64,000 bases of DNA from Octopus sinensis (taxonomy: Eukaryota). Location: assembly GCF_006345805.1 (NCBI RefSeq), contig NC_043002.1, forward strand, positions 19,220,001 to 19,284,000, given 5' to 3'. Below, in pieces: positions 50,816 to 63,635 of this stretch. Both the position numbers and the translations under genes were made by a program. Under the pieces are notes generated by a model. That model searched no databases, was not told the DNA's origin, and saw only the letters and a list, made by a program, of their open reading frames with translations. The stretch's first letter is position 1, and the number at the start of each line of letters is the position of its first letter.

Positions 50816-51705
50816 CCTGCAGTATTGTGCATTGAGAATTCATCCCCAAATCCAGACCGTCAACTTGGATTTCTACTGCAATGTTTTGAAACGTTTGAGA
50901 GAGGACATTTAGCAAAAGCAACCAGATCTGTGGAGTATGAAGAATTGTATTGTGACTTCACAGGTAGCTGCGAAGGTCATGAGGGAGAACGACCTGTTCA
51001 GGATAATGGACTCCTTCTCCAAAGATACCTACAGATTTATGCTAAATTGGCCCGTTTTGGAGTTGTCCTGGTGTTTAGCTGAGGCGAGAAGTCTGGTCGG
51101 CAGGAAAATTGTTTCATTGATTCATAAATTGACTTGTGTAAAAGGTTTATTGCCTCACAATGGCTTTGTATGTCGTAAATATAAGGGGTCTATTGCCTCC
51201 TTAATGTGTTATATAAGAGGTTTGTTGCCTCAATATGTTTTATAAAGAACAATGTGTTCGGGTAAACAGCAATCGGCGGGCATTGCTGTTGCCCGCATTA
51301 TTATCATATCGTCAATCATTACATCTCACTATGTCCATGTCCAGCCCGCAGCCTCCTTACTTTGTAAGGCCTACGTGGCCAATTGAATGAATGAATGAAG
51401 AATTGGATTGTTCATGACAACAATGCACCCTTTCATCGAGCTCTCCTCACTCTTGAGTTTCTCACCAAAAACATTACTTCTGCACCTGTCCTATTTGCCA
51501 GATTTAGCACCTGTAGACTTCCATTTCTTCCCAAAGATGAAAATGCAGCTCAAAGGTTGCCGTTTTAACACTAATATTGAGACCAAGAGTGACTTGCAGG
51601 AACGCTGGGACTGGTTGTGTACAAGATGACTATTTTGAAGCTGATGTTAAAAATTGTTTACCCAAGTTACTTTTAACTAGTCCAAGAACTTTTCAATCCC
51701 ACCTA
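50816..51705 (+). mobile_element. Mariner 3' remnant interrupted by a retro-insertion
   Basis: QTVNLDFYCNVLKRLRE...PDLW / WIVHDNNAPFH...YLPDLAPVDFHFFPKMKMQLKG. Confidence 0.8.
50948..51394 (+). mobile_element. Non-LTR 3'-end insertion with a (TGAA)n tail
   Basis: 11-bp TSD ATGAAGAATTG (50937-50947 and 51395-51405) and a TGAA tail. Confidence 0.75.
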
Positions 51706-53538
51706 CATTATATATAGGTTGAATGGTTTGGCCAGGGCTGGTAAACTGAGGGGCTGCACCAGAATCCAGTCTGATCCTGCCGTAGAAACCATGCTATATC
51801 AAATTGAAGTCTGGTTCAGCCCCTCAGCTTACCAGCCCTGGTCAAACTATTCGACCCGTGCCAGTATGGACAACAGATGTTAAAAGACAATAAATATGGA
51901 CAACAAACGTTAAAATGATAATGTGTGTGTAAACAACCAATGTGGTCAATTCTAAATCTAACATCTCATTTTAAAACATAATACATCCTCAATAATGTAA
52001 TAGCCAAGAAGACAAGAGGCAAACAACTTGAAGATAATGGGTCCAAATCTACCACAGATAGATTCCTTTCTCATTTCACCTCTAAATCTACTTTGAAATA
52101 CAATAGATACATGGTTTAGAAAGCCGACCAGCCTTGTTATGCTAACATTACATACTAATAATTCAAACAAATGTCAATTTTCAGACATATGAAAACCATG
52201 TTAGAACAGATGCAGCAAAATATGCTGAAACCAAATGAGTGCTGACCAAAATTAGGGAATCATGCACTACAACAATGAAATACGATCCAAGAGGGTTAAA
52301 CAAAGTAAATCTCTGCTAGGTGCAATCAATGAGAACTTACAATTATAATTACAAAAATGACTACCAGATAGGACTACTGATTCAATAGAATACAAAGATT
52401 GTTATTCTCATTATGAAGGTAAGAAAGCAGCTTGGTGAACTATAAAGACAGAAACTGCCATAAAATATTATTCAGTATCAGTAATTTACACAAGCAATGG
52501 TAGTCCAATCATAAGAGGTACTAGGTTAGCAAATCTCAAAAATTCTATTTGTGTTTCAACTATTTTAAGAAGATGAGATTGTCTTACCAAGCATATGTTA
52601 TGAACAATGTAGAATGAAGGCTCTATTTCAATGAGTTGCAGTTTGAACATTAGCTATTTTGTTTGGTGAAAGGAATGTAAATCTTACGGTTAAACTGCAA
52701 TTCAACTTTTGTGAATTACAGATACATATTTCATCAACCTTGTAAGGATAGAAAATTAAAATGAAAATGCAATCTTCAAATATCCAGTATTAGGTATTGC
52801 TCTTTATATTGATTCAACATCCAAGATTATGTATTTTTTAAAACTACCTAGCTTTCTATACTATCAACTATTATTTACCAGGATATGTCTTAAACGATTC
52901 ATGCAAGATGTCTGTAATTAGGCTCAGATTATGTTAAATGGTGGGAGCAAGTGTTGCATTAATAGAATTTAAAAAGGATGTCTTAGATCAGGGGCTTCAG
53001 TTTAGTTTTCATCCCAGTTCAAAATCATTAAAACAAATCTATTCTAATTCCATTCTCATCTAGGATGATTAATATGAATATTGAATAGACCTCAGTACTT
53101 TAACTGGTATTTTATTTTATCAATCCTGGATTGACAAAGGCAGGATTTTAACTCGGAATGTAAAAGGTCACAACTAAATATTACTGGTATATAGTCCGAC
53201 TATATTTAAAATTAGATGGCCCAAACACATAAGCAATATGGAGGTATGTCAAAGAACAAATCAAGTTTCGATTAGGGAGCAAATATTTTTTTAAAAAGTG
53301 GCAGTGGATTGGTAGCACAATTAGAAAAGACACACCAAATGTAGTGAAAAGTGTTTTACAGTAGAATCCGGATGGATAGAGAAAGAAAGGTAGATCAACA
53401 CAAAAGGAACTAGAGAAAGGGGGACATTCATGGCAGAGTATAAGTACAGAAGCGAAAAATTATGCGACATGGAATTCAACTATAAGTGGCCTATACTCCG
53501 CGTTGGAGGGTTAAAGGCAAAATATATATATATATTTT

Positions 53539-54186
53539 GTGCAGGAGTTTGTGCGCTCCTATGCACTTATAAGATCGCACATTAACACGCTGGATGCCAT
53601 CTTTGACAACGAACAAAGTAAAGATGGCAAGGATGGAGACGCAGGTGCTGATGAAAAAAGTCACCCCCACCTGGTAGACACCCAGGAAGAAAACTCCAGT
53701 GAGAAACCTGCCCGGGAAATAAACCCAAGTGCAAGTGCTCCTACCAGCACCAAAAGCCATGGAGATGAAAGAACCAAAAGAGGAGGAAAAACTAAAAGAA
53801 AAACTCAAACAAAACTAAAAAATGAAACAGCCAAGAATAGAAGTGAAACTGACTATCCATATACCAAAAAGGGTGGAAACAAACAGCGCGCACGGGTGTG
53901 TAGGTTCTACATGAGAGGTACCTGCTGGCATGGAGAGGAAGGTGCAGGCTGCCGTTTTGCACATCGGGGACCCTGCCGCAGAGACACGAAACAGATCAGA
54001 AAGAAACCAACAAAAGGAAAAGGGATGGACCACGCACCACCTGCCTCAAAACAGAGGTACGCAGATGTGGTGCGTGCCACAAATGGCCAACATGATGTTG
54101 TTGAAAGGGCAGCTGCTGAACAAGAATCTTTTTTGTGCATGGCACAAAAGATTGTACAGCAGCTAACCTGGCTTCATCAAACCTAA
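53539..54186 (+). CDS. LINE ORF1 (CCCH zinc finger), probably 5'-truncated
   Basis: CRFYMRGTCWHGEEGAGCRFAH in a basic, low-complexity protein directly upstream of ORF2. Confidence 0.65.
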   Translation: MQEFVRSYALIRSHINTLDAIFDNEQSKDGKDGDAGADEKSHPHLVDTQEENSSEKPAREINPSASAPTSTKSHGDERTKRGGKTKRKTQTKLKNETAKNRSETDYPYTKKGGNKQRARVCRFYMRGTCWHGEEGAGCRFAHRGPCRRDTKQIRKKPTKGKGMDHAPPASKQRYADVVRATNGQHDVVERAAAEQESFLCMAQKIVQQLTWLHQT

Positions 54187-54278
54187 GCTCGCAGATGGGA
54201 CTACCCACAATATACAAGACCACCACAGCAAATAGACCCAAGGTGGACACAGCCGGCAACAGCATATACCTCACCTCG

Positions 54279-57250
54279 ATGCTCCTACTGAACATCAGAG
54301 GACTGCAAACACTCAGTAACAGGACAAAAATCCCTTATGCATAACACTTACGGAAACGCACCTGAAACCGGACATAGCAGATGCGGAGTTACACATACCA
54401 CAGTATGTTGTACTACGGACTGACAGAAAAGAAAGGAGTCATGGAGGAGTTGCTATGTACATCCGTGAGGACCTCACACCCCAGGTCCTTTTGTCATACT
54501 CAAACTCGGTGTGTGACACACTAATTGTACATATAAGGCAACTTGATGTAGTTGTGTGTGCTACATATCGCCCTCCAGATGCCCCAAGCCATGTAGGCAA
54601 GTTTGAAGACTGCCTTATAAAAATAGAAGAAGTTCTAATCACATTAGAACAACACATAAGTGTACTTCTTATGGGAGACTTCAATCTACCCAATGTCAGA
54701 TGGCCCGAGGGCCTTTCTCTCCCAGGAATGACAAGATGTGAACGAGGACAGGCGAGGTCCCTCCTGAATCTCATCAACACCCTGTACATGGAGCAAGTAA
54801 TACTCCAACCAACCAGGGCAGGTAACACACTGGATCTCTGCTTCACAAATAATATGGATCTCATCCATAATGTGAAAGTGACACCGACACTACTCTCGGA
54901 TCACAACATGGTAGAGCTGACCATATACAGGCCAAAGGAAAGCATAGACATGCAGCCTACAAGAAACCCTCAGAATCTTTCCAGCTTGAACTTCCATAAG
55001 GCAAACTGGAAACAAATTGAGAAAGAGATCCTCAAACAAAACTGGCCTGAGTGTCTCTCCTCGCCAGACATCGACGTGAAACTTCAACAATTCATGTCTG
55101 TAATGCAAGCCATATGCTACAAATGTGTCCCAGAGAGAAAGGCCACTGTACACAAGAACAAAATTCCCAGAGAGAGGAAAATTCTAATGAGACGGCGTAC
55201 AAAAATTTCAACTCGCCTAAACAAACAAATTGAAAGCAGTGAAAAGACCCGCCTGAAAATGAAACAGTTGGAAATTGAAAAAGGTCTGCAACTCTCCCAT
55301 GAAAAGGAAAGAGCAGACAAAGAAGCCTGGGCTATAGACAACATAAAATCTAACCCCAGAGCTTTCTACAGGTATGCCAAAGAAACAGCTACGGTGCACT
55401 GTAGGATAGGGCCACTCCTTGAAAGGGATGGCACACTCACAGGAAATCCAATGAGGGTAAGTGAAATACTAAATGAGCAATTCAAGAGTGTTTTCACCCC
55501 ACCCCTTGGGAATTTCCAAATCAGCAATCCAACTGACTTCTTCACCACTGCAGATATGGGGTCAGAGGCGGCGATGATTGATTACATCAATATAAAGGAA
55601 GACGATGTAATAAAGGCTATAGATGAGATGAAAACAAACTCAGCTACTGGCCCCGATGGATTCCCGGCAATCCTTCTAAAAGTATGTAAGAGAGTCCTAG
55701 CAAGACCACTGCAGTCTCTCTTTCAGAGCTTCCTTGCAACTGGCAAACTTCCAAGAAAACTGAAGGAAGGTAAAATATGCCCCATTCACAAAGGGGGTAG
55801 CAGAGCGGAGGCCAAGAACTACAGACCTATCTCTCTGACCTCACACATCAGCAAGGTCATGGAACGAATAGTCAGAAGGAAACTAATCACCTTCCTTGAA
55901 GAAAATGACTTGCTGCCTGACACCCAACATGGTTTCTGACCAGGAAGATGCTGCTTAACTCAGCTCCTACAACACTATGACTGGGTGCTGAAACGACTGC
56001 TCAACCACTCAAATGTGGAAGTGATATATCTCGACTTTGCAAAGGCCTTTGATAAAGTCGATCATGGAATGATATGTCACAAACTGCATGATCTTGGCAT
56101 AGTTGGAAAATTGGGAGAATGGCTTCATGACTTTCTGAAGAATAGAAGTCAGGTGGTAGTAGCCAATGGGGCCACTTCCATTAACACGCAAATAGTGAGC
56201 GGTGTTCCGCAGGGCACTGTTTTGGGACCACTACTGTTCATAATGGCCTTTTCAGACATGCCCTCAGCCACGCAGAGAGCCACGATCACAAGTTATGCAG
56301 ATGATACAAAAGTTTCACAGGCAATACAGAACCCTGAAGACACTAAGCACCTGCAATGTGAGCTGGACAAAATATACAAGTGGGCTGAAAAGAATAGCAT
56401 GCAGTTCAATGCTGAAAAGTTTCAAGCTTTATGCTATCAGCATGCAAAACTGAATGCAATACCCAATGAATACACTGGACCCGGAGGGATTGCAATCCCA
56501 GAGACACAATCAGTGCGTGACCTGGGTATTCACATGAGTGATGACGCGACCTTTCATGTACATGTTGCTAAACTGGCAATGAAATGTAGACGGCTGGCCG
56601 GATGGATTCTTAGAACCTTTAGAACAAGAGAACAAGAAATCATGATGGTCCTCTGGAAGACACTTGTCCTAAGCCACTTTGACTATTGCTCTCAGCTATG
56701 GTCACCATCCAGTGTCAAGTTGATCACAGAACTTGAGGCGATCCAACGAAGCTACATGAAGAAGATAGCCTCTGTGCAGCAGCATATAAGCTACTGGAAA
56801 AAAGACTCGAGAAGAAGAAGGATTAAAACTATTCTTGGAGCGTAGGCGATTAGGAAAGATAGAAAAGATATGCCCATACATAATATATCTGGAAGGACTT
56901 GTCCCAAACTTTGGCATCGAGAGTAGAATCAGGATGCCACAGACAGGGCCAGAACCAGGGCGCGCCTGACTGCTGTGGTACCAAGGACTCCAAATTTGCC
57001 ATCAAGATTGTAGGACAAGATACTGTGATGCTGGGCTTCAGAGGCCCACAGCTCTTCAATATCCTCCCGAAGAAACTGAGGGACCTGCATGGTGTAGATG
57101 CGGATATATGTCTTTAAAGTAGGACTGGATATATTATGTCAGGTGTCCCGGATGAACCAACTTCACGGCAGCAGATAGAGGAGATGCAGATGAGGCAGCT
57201 GCGCGAACTCTCTCATGCACCAAATGGCAGTTGCTAAAAAGCATTCGTGA
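54279..57250 (+). pseudogene. LINE ORF2 endonuclease-reverse transcriptase (disrupted)
   Basis: LLNIRGL, TETHL, YRPP, GDFNLP, LDLCF, SDHN; GPDG, NYRPISLTS, QHGF*(55937), YLDFAKAFDKV, GVPQGTVLGP, YADD. Further frameshifts near both ends. Confidence 0.9.
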
Positions 57251-57335
57251 GGTAAAATCATGTAGCAAACCAAATGACGGTTGCCCCAGCATGGCCACAG
57301 CTCATGAGCTGATGAAACTGGAAAAATCAAATATC

Positions 57336-57366
<31 letters not shown>

Positions 57367-57599
57367 CCCTCTTCTCGATTCTACATCTTGCTGACAAAAC
57401 ACTGACTCGAAAATGACCAGCTAAGCGAATTTAACTTACAACCTGTCATTCATATTCATTTTTTAAGCGTTGATTCGTAACTCTAAATCCGTTTTCTATT
57501 ATTTGTTCGCCATCTTGTATGAGGCTTCCTGTCTGTCATGCATTTTTAAATTCCTCCTTAATTCAGTGTCATCGTTGTTATTCCATCCCCAGAATCACT

Positions 57600-58195
57600 A
57601 CAATATTCTCTCTCTCTCTCCTATTTATATTATGTTTATCGAACCCCGAAGTTCCTAGAGTTCAGTAATTTCTGTCGCAGAAAATTCCCTACGTATTAAC
57701 TTAAAACCTGTTGTTCCTTCGTCGTTATTCCTTCCCCAAAGATACCCTAAATTCCCTACGAAAATATTTTCTCTCTCTCTTATTTATATTACGTTCTTCT
57801 CGAACCCCGAAGTTCCTAGAGGTTCAGTAATTTCTGTTGCAGAAAATTCCCTACGTATTAACTTAAAAACTGTTGTTCCTTCGTCGTTATTCCTTTCCCA
57901 AAGATACCCTAAATTCCCTACGAAATATTTCTCTCTCTCTCTTATTTATATTACGTTCTCCTCGAACCCCGAAGTTCCTAGATGTTCAGTAATTTCTGTT
58001 GCAGAAAATTCCCTACGTATTAACTTAAAACCTGTTGTTCCTTCGTCGTTATTCCTTTCCCCAAAGATACCCTAAATTCCCTACGAAATATTTTCTCTCT
58101 CTCATTTATATTACATTCCTCTCGAACCCCGAAGTTTCTAGATGTTCAGTAATTTCTGTTGCAGAAAATTCCTTACGAATTAAACCTGTTGTTCC
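57600..58195. repeat. Tandem array of ~161-bp monomers (about 3.5 copies)
   Basis: TCGAACCCCGAAGTTCCTAGA recurs at ~57639, 57800, 57962 and 58122. Confidence 0.92.
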
Positions 58196-58518
58196 TTAGC
58201 TCTCTCTCTCTCTTCCTTCCCCCCTCTCTCTTTCCTCATGCTTCCACCTGATAATCCCCCCCCCCCAATCCCTAACTCTTTATAAAGCAGTGTTCGATTT
58301 ATCTCGTCCCTCTTCTCAATTCTTCTCATTATTGCTTTCTTTTTCCGTCTGCGTTGTGAGAAAATTGCTGCCTCCATTTAAGAGAGCTCGAATTTGTGAT
58401 ACTATTGTTTGTGTTAACTGTTTTGAACAGTGCCCGTTGTAAAACGGTAATTTTCGCCCTACGGGGCAGAAAATTTGTATTACCTGCATTTTTGTTACCT
58501 TGGAGGTAATTTTTTGAA

Positions 58519-59958
58519 ATGGAGTTCGACTTGACGTCGAAGGAAGATTTCCCCGCAATGGGAAAAAGTGAAAATAAGGATAACGAAGTACCCAAACAGT
58601 CATTCTCGGCCGCGGTGGGCGGCGCCATGATGGAGGTCGAATTTAAAATCGAACAACTGTATGAATACAGGAACCTAGTAAAGGTGGAGGGAGGCGAGAT
58701 AAGGCTTGTACCGCCGCAAGCAAAAGTACAAGAAATCAAAGAAAGAATTGTGATCTACAAAGTCTACAGCTTTAAAGAAAAAAAGATTATGGACGTAAAA
58801 AATGAAATTGTCGAGAAGTGCCTGTCCCCGGTGTGGGACAAAATTCGTCATGTCGTGAGAGGTGCACGCAGTGCTACGGTCGAGGCGCACTTTGACACGG
58901 CAGAGGTGGCGAAAGAGGTGTCGTCGTTGACCCTAAAAAACGACGACATCATGCTACTACCCTCGTATATGGGGAAGCGAACTGCAAAATTAATGGTAGA
59001 AGACATACCCAGAGGGTACGACATCATGTGGGTAGCAGCGGCAGTCCTGCACAACATGGAACGCGAAATAACAATACTGCAAATGAGAAGGAAGGAGGTG
59101 GTACGGTGGAAGGGCCAGACCCTGGAGCTCCTCGTGCAGGCGGAGAACAAAATCCTGGAAAACCTGCCCGACAGAATATTTAATGAGGACGGCACGTCCA
59201 TGAGAGTTTCGGTGGAGGGACGTAGACCCAGATGCTTCAAGTGTGGAGAGAAGGGTCACGTCCGATCCAACTGTATTAAAAAGGGGAAAAAAACAGAAGA
59301 AGCGCCTCCTCAAAGTGTCCCTATCACTGAAGGGGAGGAAACAAGCAAAAACAACAAAATGACGAAGACAAGTACGGAAACAAAAACAGACCATACAGAA
59401 CTAATGGACTACACACAAGTCACTCATAAAAGAAAAAAAGAGAATACCCAGGACTCCCCTCCCCAAACAAGAAAAAAAACAGCAAACACAGCAGACACAC
59501 ACATCAAGCAAATCCCCCAACCCTACCCCCATGGCACTGTTTTCATTGGAAAACAGTTTGCCAAGCCCCTCCCCATAAAACAAGACATAAAAAAGTGCAT
59601 ACAGAAGAACGAAAGGATAATAGCTTTCGATGAGAAAAATGAGAAAGTTTTTAAATGTTGCAAACTTTCGAGATTTATACTGTATAGTAGAACCTCAGAT
59701 GGGAAAGCAACCGCTCGCTTCGCGAAGGTAGGGGAGAACGAGTGGAAGGAGGAGGTTCTTCAGGAACACCTGAGGAACCGTCTAATAAGAGATGTGACCA
59801 AGGAGGTAATGGAGGGCAAACTGACAATAACCCCGGCAACCACACCCACCCAGAGCCCAGTGGCAACGCCGGTCAAGAGCCCTGCAGCAGCAACTACAAG
59901 GGAGGAAGAAGGGGAAGCAGGCAGATCCAAACTGTCATGCTCCCTTTCCCAACCGTGA
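58519..59958 (+). CDS. L1/Tx1 ORF1 protein, 479 aa, intact
   Basis: Uninterrupted ORF with an RRM-like region and a CCHC knuckle CFKCGEKGHVRSNC. Confidence 0.88.
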   Translation: MEFDLTSKEDFPAMGKSENKDNEVPKQSFSAAVGGAMMEVEFKIEQLYEYRNLVKVEGGEIRLVPPQAKVQEIKERIVIYKVYSFKEKKIMDVKNEIVEKCLSPVWDKIRHVVRGARSATVEAHFDTAEVAKEVSSLTLKNDDIMLLPSYMGKRTAKLMVEDIPRGYDIMWVAAAVLHNMEREITILQMRRKEVVRWKGQTLELLVQAENKILENLPDRIFNEDGTSMRVSVEGRRPRCFKCGEKGHVRSNCIKKGKKTEEAPPQSVPITEGEETSKNNKMTKTSTETKTDHTELMDYTQVTHKRKKENTQDSPPQTRKKTANTADTHIKQIPQPYPHGTVFIGKQFAKPLPIKQDIKKCIQKNERIIAFDEKNEKVFKCCKLSRFILYSRTSDGKATARFAKVGENEWKEEVLQEHLRNRLIRDVTKEVMEGKLTITPATTPTQSPVATPVKSPAAATTREEEGEAGRSKLSCSLSQP

Positions 59959-59986
59959 GTACACTTATCCTTCTCTCTCACCCACA

Positions 59987-62900
59987 ATGGCTAAGCTGGG
60001 TTGTATAAATGTACGTGGAATGGGGTCGAAACGGAAACAAATTTGTTTCCTGAACGACCTCACGACACATGGTGTAGATATTGCTATTGCAACCGAGTCC
60101 AAGATGAGCGAGACCCAAGCGTTCTCGCCTCTTCTAAATGGTTTCGAGAATTTATTTCTCCTAGCCGAGGAGGAGGCAGAGGCGTGGCAGTCTTCATCAG
60201 GAAGAGCTTGGACTTGCAGGTAAGTACTGTCTTTCTGGACCCAGAAGGCAGGCTGGTTGTCCTGGATGTGACTCACGTAAGTAAACAGTCCTTCAGGTTG
60301 GTAGCTGTCTACGCCCCGAACGAGGGTAGACAGACGGGTTTTTTTGGGAACCTGGAGCCCTTTTTAGCGACGTCGAAAACAGTAATCCTAGTAGGGGACT
60401 TTAAGTCGAGCGCCACACAGCGCGAAGCATAGAGGGAACCTAGCCATCGACAAGTTGGTCAACAATAGGAAGGGGAACCCTAGCCTCAAGGGTCTACTAG
60501 AGAGTTTGATCTAGTGGACGTTACCGACTGGATGAGCCGAGCGTTCCACAGTGGACGTGGAGAGTAGTAGAGTAACAACGACGGCTCACACAGATCGTAT
60601 CTAGATAGGATATTTATTAAGAAAAGAGATAAGGATACGTTTAGTTGTCCACAATTTCATATTGTACCTTACTCGGATCACAAATTTGTGACGTGTGAGG
60701 TGCAATTAGACAAGTGTCATAGACAGGGACCCGGGTACTGGAAGCTGAACAAGGCTATTTTGAATTGTGAAGACTTCCGTACCCGGATTAAGGTGTTAGT
60801 TCAGAGGGCATTGTGTGGCACCATCATTAACAATAGATGGTGGCACGCCCTCAAAAGAGCCATTCGTTTAGAGTCCGTTAGATTTAGCAATCAGCTAAGG
60901 ATAGATAGGGCTAGTCTAGAGGGCGATTTAGTTAAGAATCTAGACGAGGCAATGGAAGCTGGCTCCGCATCCGGAGTGTTGGCGGCAAGGACGGTATTGT
61001 ACCGTCACCTTAACTCCAAACACGAAGGTTGCAGAGTCAGAGCTAAGCTGCGCGCTGGGAAACGAGAAGGTATTAACGTGGCCGGATGGGCCCGTCGTGT
61101 GGAGAGTCAGAGAGGCAACAGAGCCTCAATCAAATCTTTGACTGACGAACAGGGACAAAAGATCTATGGACAGGAGAGATGCAAAAGTTTCTTCACCAGC
61201 ATTTCGCTCGCGTGTTTGGGGGTGGTGGTCCGCTGGATCGGGGGAGGAGCCTTAAAGGACTTCCTAGCCGGCGGGCCGCGGCTCGCGGGCGCGTGAGGTG
61301 GAGTGCTGTGAAGGAACGATCACTCCCGCAGAGATAAAGGAGATGCTGGCCGAATGCGCCGGGGAGAAGTCGCCGGGGTGGTTGGTCTGCCCTACGAGTT
61401 TTACCAAAGTATGCCGGACTTGTTCGGGGGAATACTGGCAGGCGTCTACACGAACTGGCAGCAGAATGGGAGAATTCCCAGTTCTGTAAGCCGGGGAGTG
61501 GTGACGCTAATCCAGAAAGACCCGAGCAAGGGGGATAATATTAGTAACTACAGGCCCATAACTCTACTTAATGTAGAGTTAAAGATTTTGGCCAAGGTAT
61601 TAGCAAAAAGGTTGACGGTTGTCGTGGAGAAACTTGTAGGGAGAGCACAGACATGTGCAATTCCAGGCAGGTCGATCCAGGACAATCTTCACCTTATACG
61701 CTACACCTTAGATAGGGTGGGTAAATTAGCCGGCAAAGGCGGGGTAATGGTCCATTTAGACCAAAGTAAAGCCTTCGATAGGGTAGACCATGGGTACCTG
61801 GCGACGGTCCTCGAAGCGGCTGGGCTGGGCCCTGAATTTCGCGGGTGGATCTCCGCTATGTATAGCGGCATCAAGTCCACCGTCCAGATAAACGGTTACC
61901 TAACTGAACCGTTTTCGATCGAGTGTTCAGTGCGTCAGGGGTGCCCCTTGTCACCACTTTTGTACGTATTGGCCTCGAGCCACTGCTGCGAAAGTTGGAG
62001 AGGCTAGGGAGAGTAACTCGGATGAAATCGGAGGTGGGAGGACGGTTACTGCTTATGCGGATGACGTCACCCTCATCGTGTCCAAAGAGGCCCAACTACC
62101 TTGTGTAGAGGAGGCTATCAGAGGATACGAGGCGGTGGCAGGAGCAAAGGTTAACAAGGACAAATCGGTTGGCTTGCGCCTCGGCACCTGGAGGAGCAAG
62201 TCGATATCGTCCAGTGTCGTGGGACACTGGACGGATGGCCCTGTTAAGTTGCTGGGAGTTTGGTTTGGACCAGACTCCCAAACGGAGAAGAACTGGAGTG
62301 AGGTGACAAGCAAGGTGGAGGCCATAGTACGGACCTGGTCCGGAAGGTCTCTGTCCTTGAAAGGGAAGGCGGAGGTGGTGCAGATGTTCATTGCATCTGT
62401 AATCACCTACCGCCTGACCGTTGTCCCTTGCCCCGATTCATGGCTTAACAAGTTGGAACGAATCCTTTTCCGCTTTTTGTGGAAAGGAGGAAAGCCACTT
62501 GTGAGGCGCTCCGTTTGCTGCCAAGAACCGTTAAAGGGTGGGTTAGGGATGCCTTGGTTGATGATGCGCAGACATGCGTTGAGGCTAAGGCATCTCTGGC
62601 ACCACCTGGAAGGTGATAAGGTGTGGAGTCCGCTGGCAGGGGGATTTTCCCGAGACCGGCCTCCTTAGTGAATTTTAAACCCGGTTACATCAAAAGATGG
62701 AAACTGACTCCATGGCAAAAGGAGTGCCGACAGGCACTCACGCTGATCCACAAGGCGGGCAAGGCCGGCTGCGGAAATACCACCTCGGTATTTTATAGAG
62801 GGCTGGTAGAGGCAAAAAACGACGACGTCCTAGGAGGGGCTCTGGGGTTTGATGAAGACCAGCTTGCCAACCTGTTTAAAAAAACTTTCAGGTCGGGGTA

Positions 62901-63402
62901 TTTGGATAATTTCCAAAGATCCCTGGCCTGGCAGTGCTATAGGAATGCTTTACCTGTTCGCGAGAAGTTATCGCGGCACGGAGTTTCAGTGCCACCGACG
63001 TGTCCAAGGTGCGGGTTGGACGATGAAACCGTCCAGCACGCTTTTGTTCACTGTCGGAAGTTGTCCGACTTGATAAGTTACGCAGAACACGTGTTATCGC
63101 ATCTGGGACGAGTACAGCTGTCGGCTGAGTCTATGATTAAGATGATACCGCCAACTGGACTCTCGAAGGAAGGTGAGGCATGTTTTCACTGCACGGTTGC
63201 AGTAGTAAAGGAATGCATGTGGAGAACGAGAATGGAAGGAGCCGCGATAGGATCCTTTGTCTCCGGCCCCAGCCTGCTCACTTACTTCAGATATCATCTG
63301 AAGAGCAAAATGGGGCTGGAAAAGAGGATCTTACCACGGCGTGTGTATGAGAAAAGATGGAAGGAAGTAGAAAAAAAGGTGGGTGTCAGAAACCCAGCTT
63401 GA
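59987..63402 (+). pseudogene. L1/Tx1 ORF2 (APE endonuclease, RT, C-terminal zinc finger), multiply frameshifted
   Basis: CINVRG, VYAPN, GDF, YLDRIF, SDHK, GYWKLN, NYRPITLLN, LDQSKAFDRV, RQGCPLSPLL, AYADD, CPRCG..ETVQHAFVHC. Confidence 0.9.
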
Positions 63403-63635
63403 CCATGGAGGAGAGAGGAAGTGGAAGCTGCAGGGCCTCATAAATTGCCGGGGTGTAAAAGCTCCAGTAAGACTACAAGTTCATCTACTGTTATTTGTTA
63501 TACTGGTTATGCAAAGGATATTATTTTATAATGAATGTAAACAAAATTTTTAATCGAATCTCTTAAATGTTTTTTGTATGTATGTCCTGTATTTGTCCTT
63601 CTATGTTTGATTTTTATAATCATAATAAAGAAATA

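Larger units (their letters stand above)
53536..57332 (+). mobile_element. CR1-group LINE, nearly complete, inserted in (TA)n
   Basis: ORF1 with a CCCH finger, ORF2 with APE and RT, and (TA)n on both sides. Confidence 0.9.
58309..63635 (+). mobile_element. Full-length L1/Tx1-clade non-LTR retrotransposon
   Basis: 5' UTR, ORF1, ORF2, and a 3' UTR ending TAATAAAGAAATA immediately followed by another copy of its own 5' end. Confidence 0.92.

Noticed and set aside
52560-52930. Possible minus-strand micro-exons (e.g. TAATTACAG|33 nt|GTAAAT)
   Set aside because: Weak pyrimidine tracts and no coherent multi-exon product could be assembled.
57600-58195. Regular repeats as a CRISPR array
   Set aside because: Whole 161-bp units repeat with no unique spacers; eukaryotic context and no cas genes.
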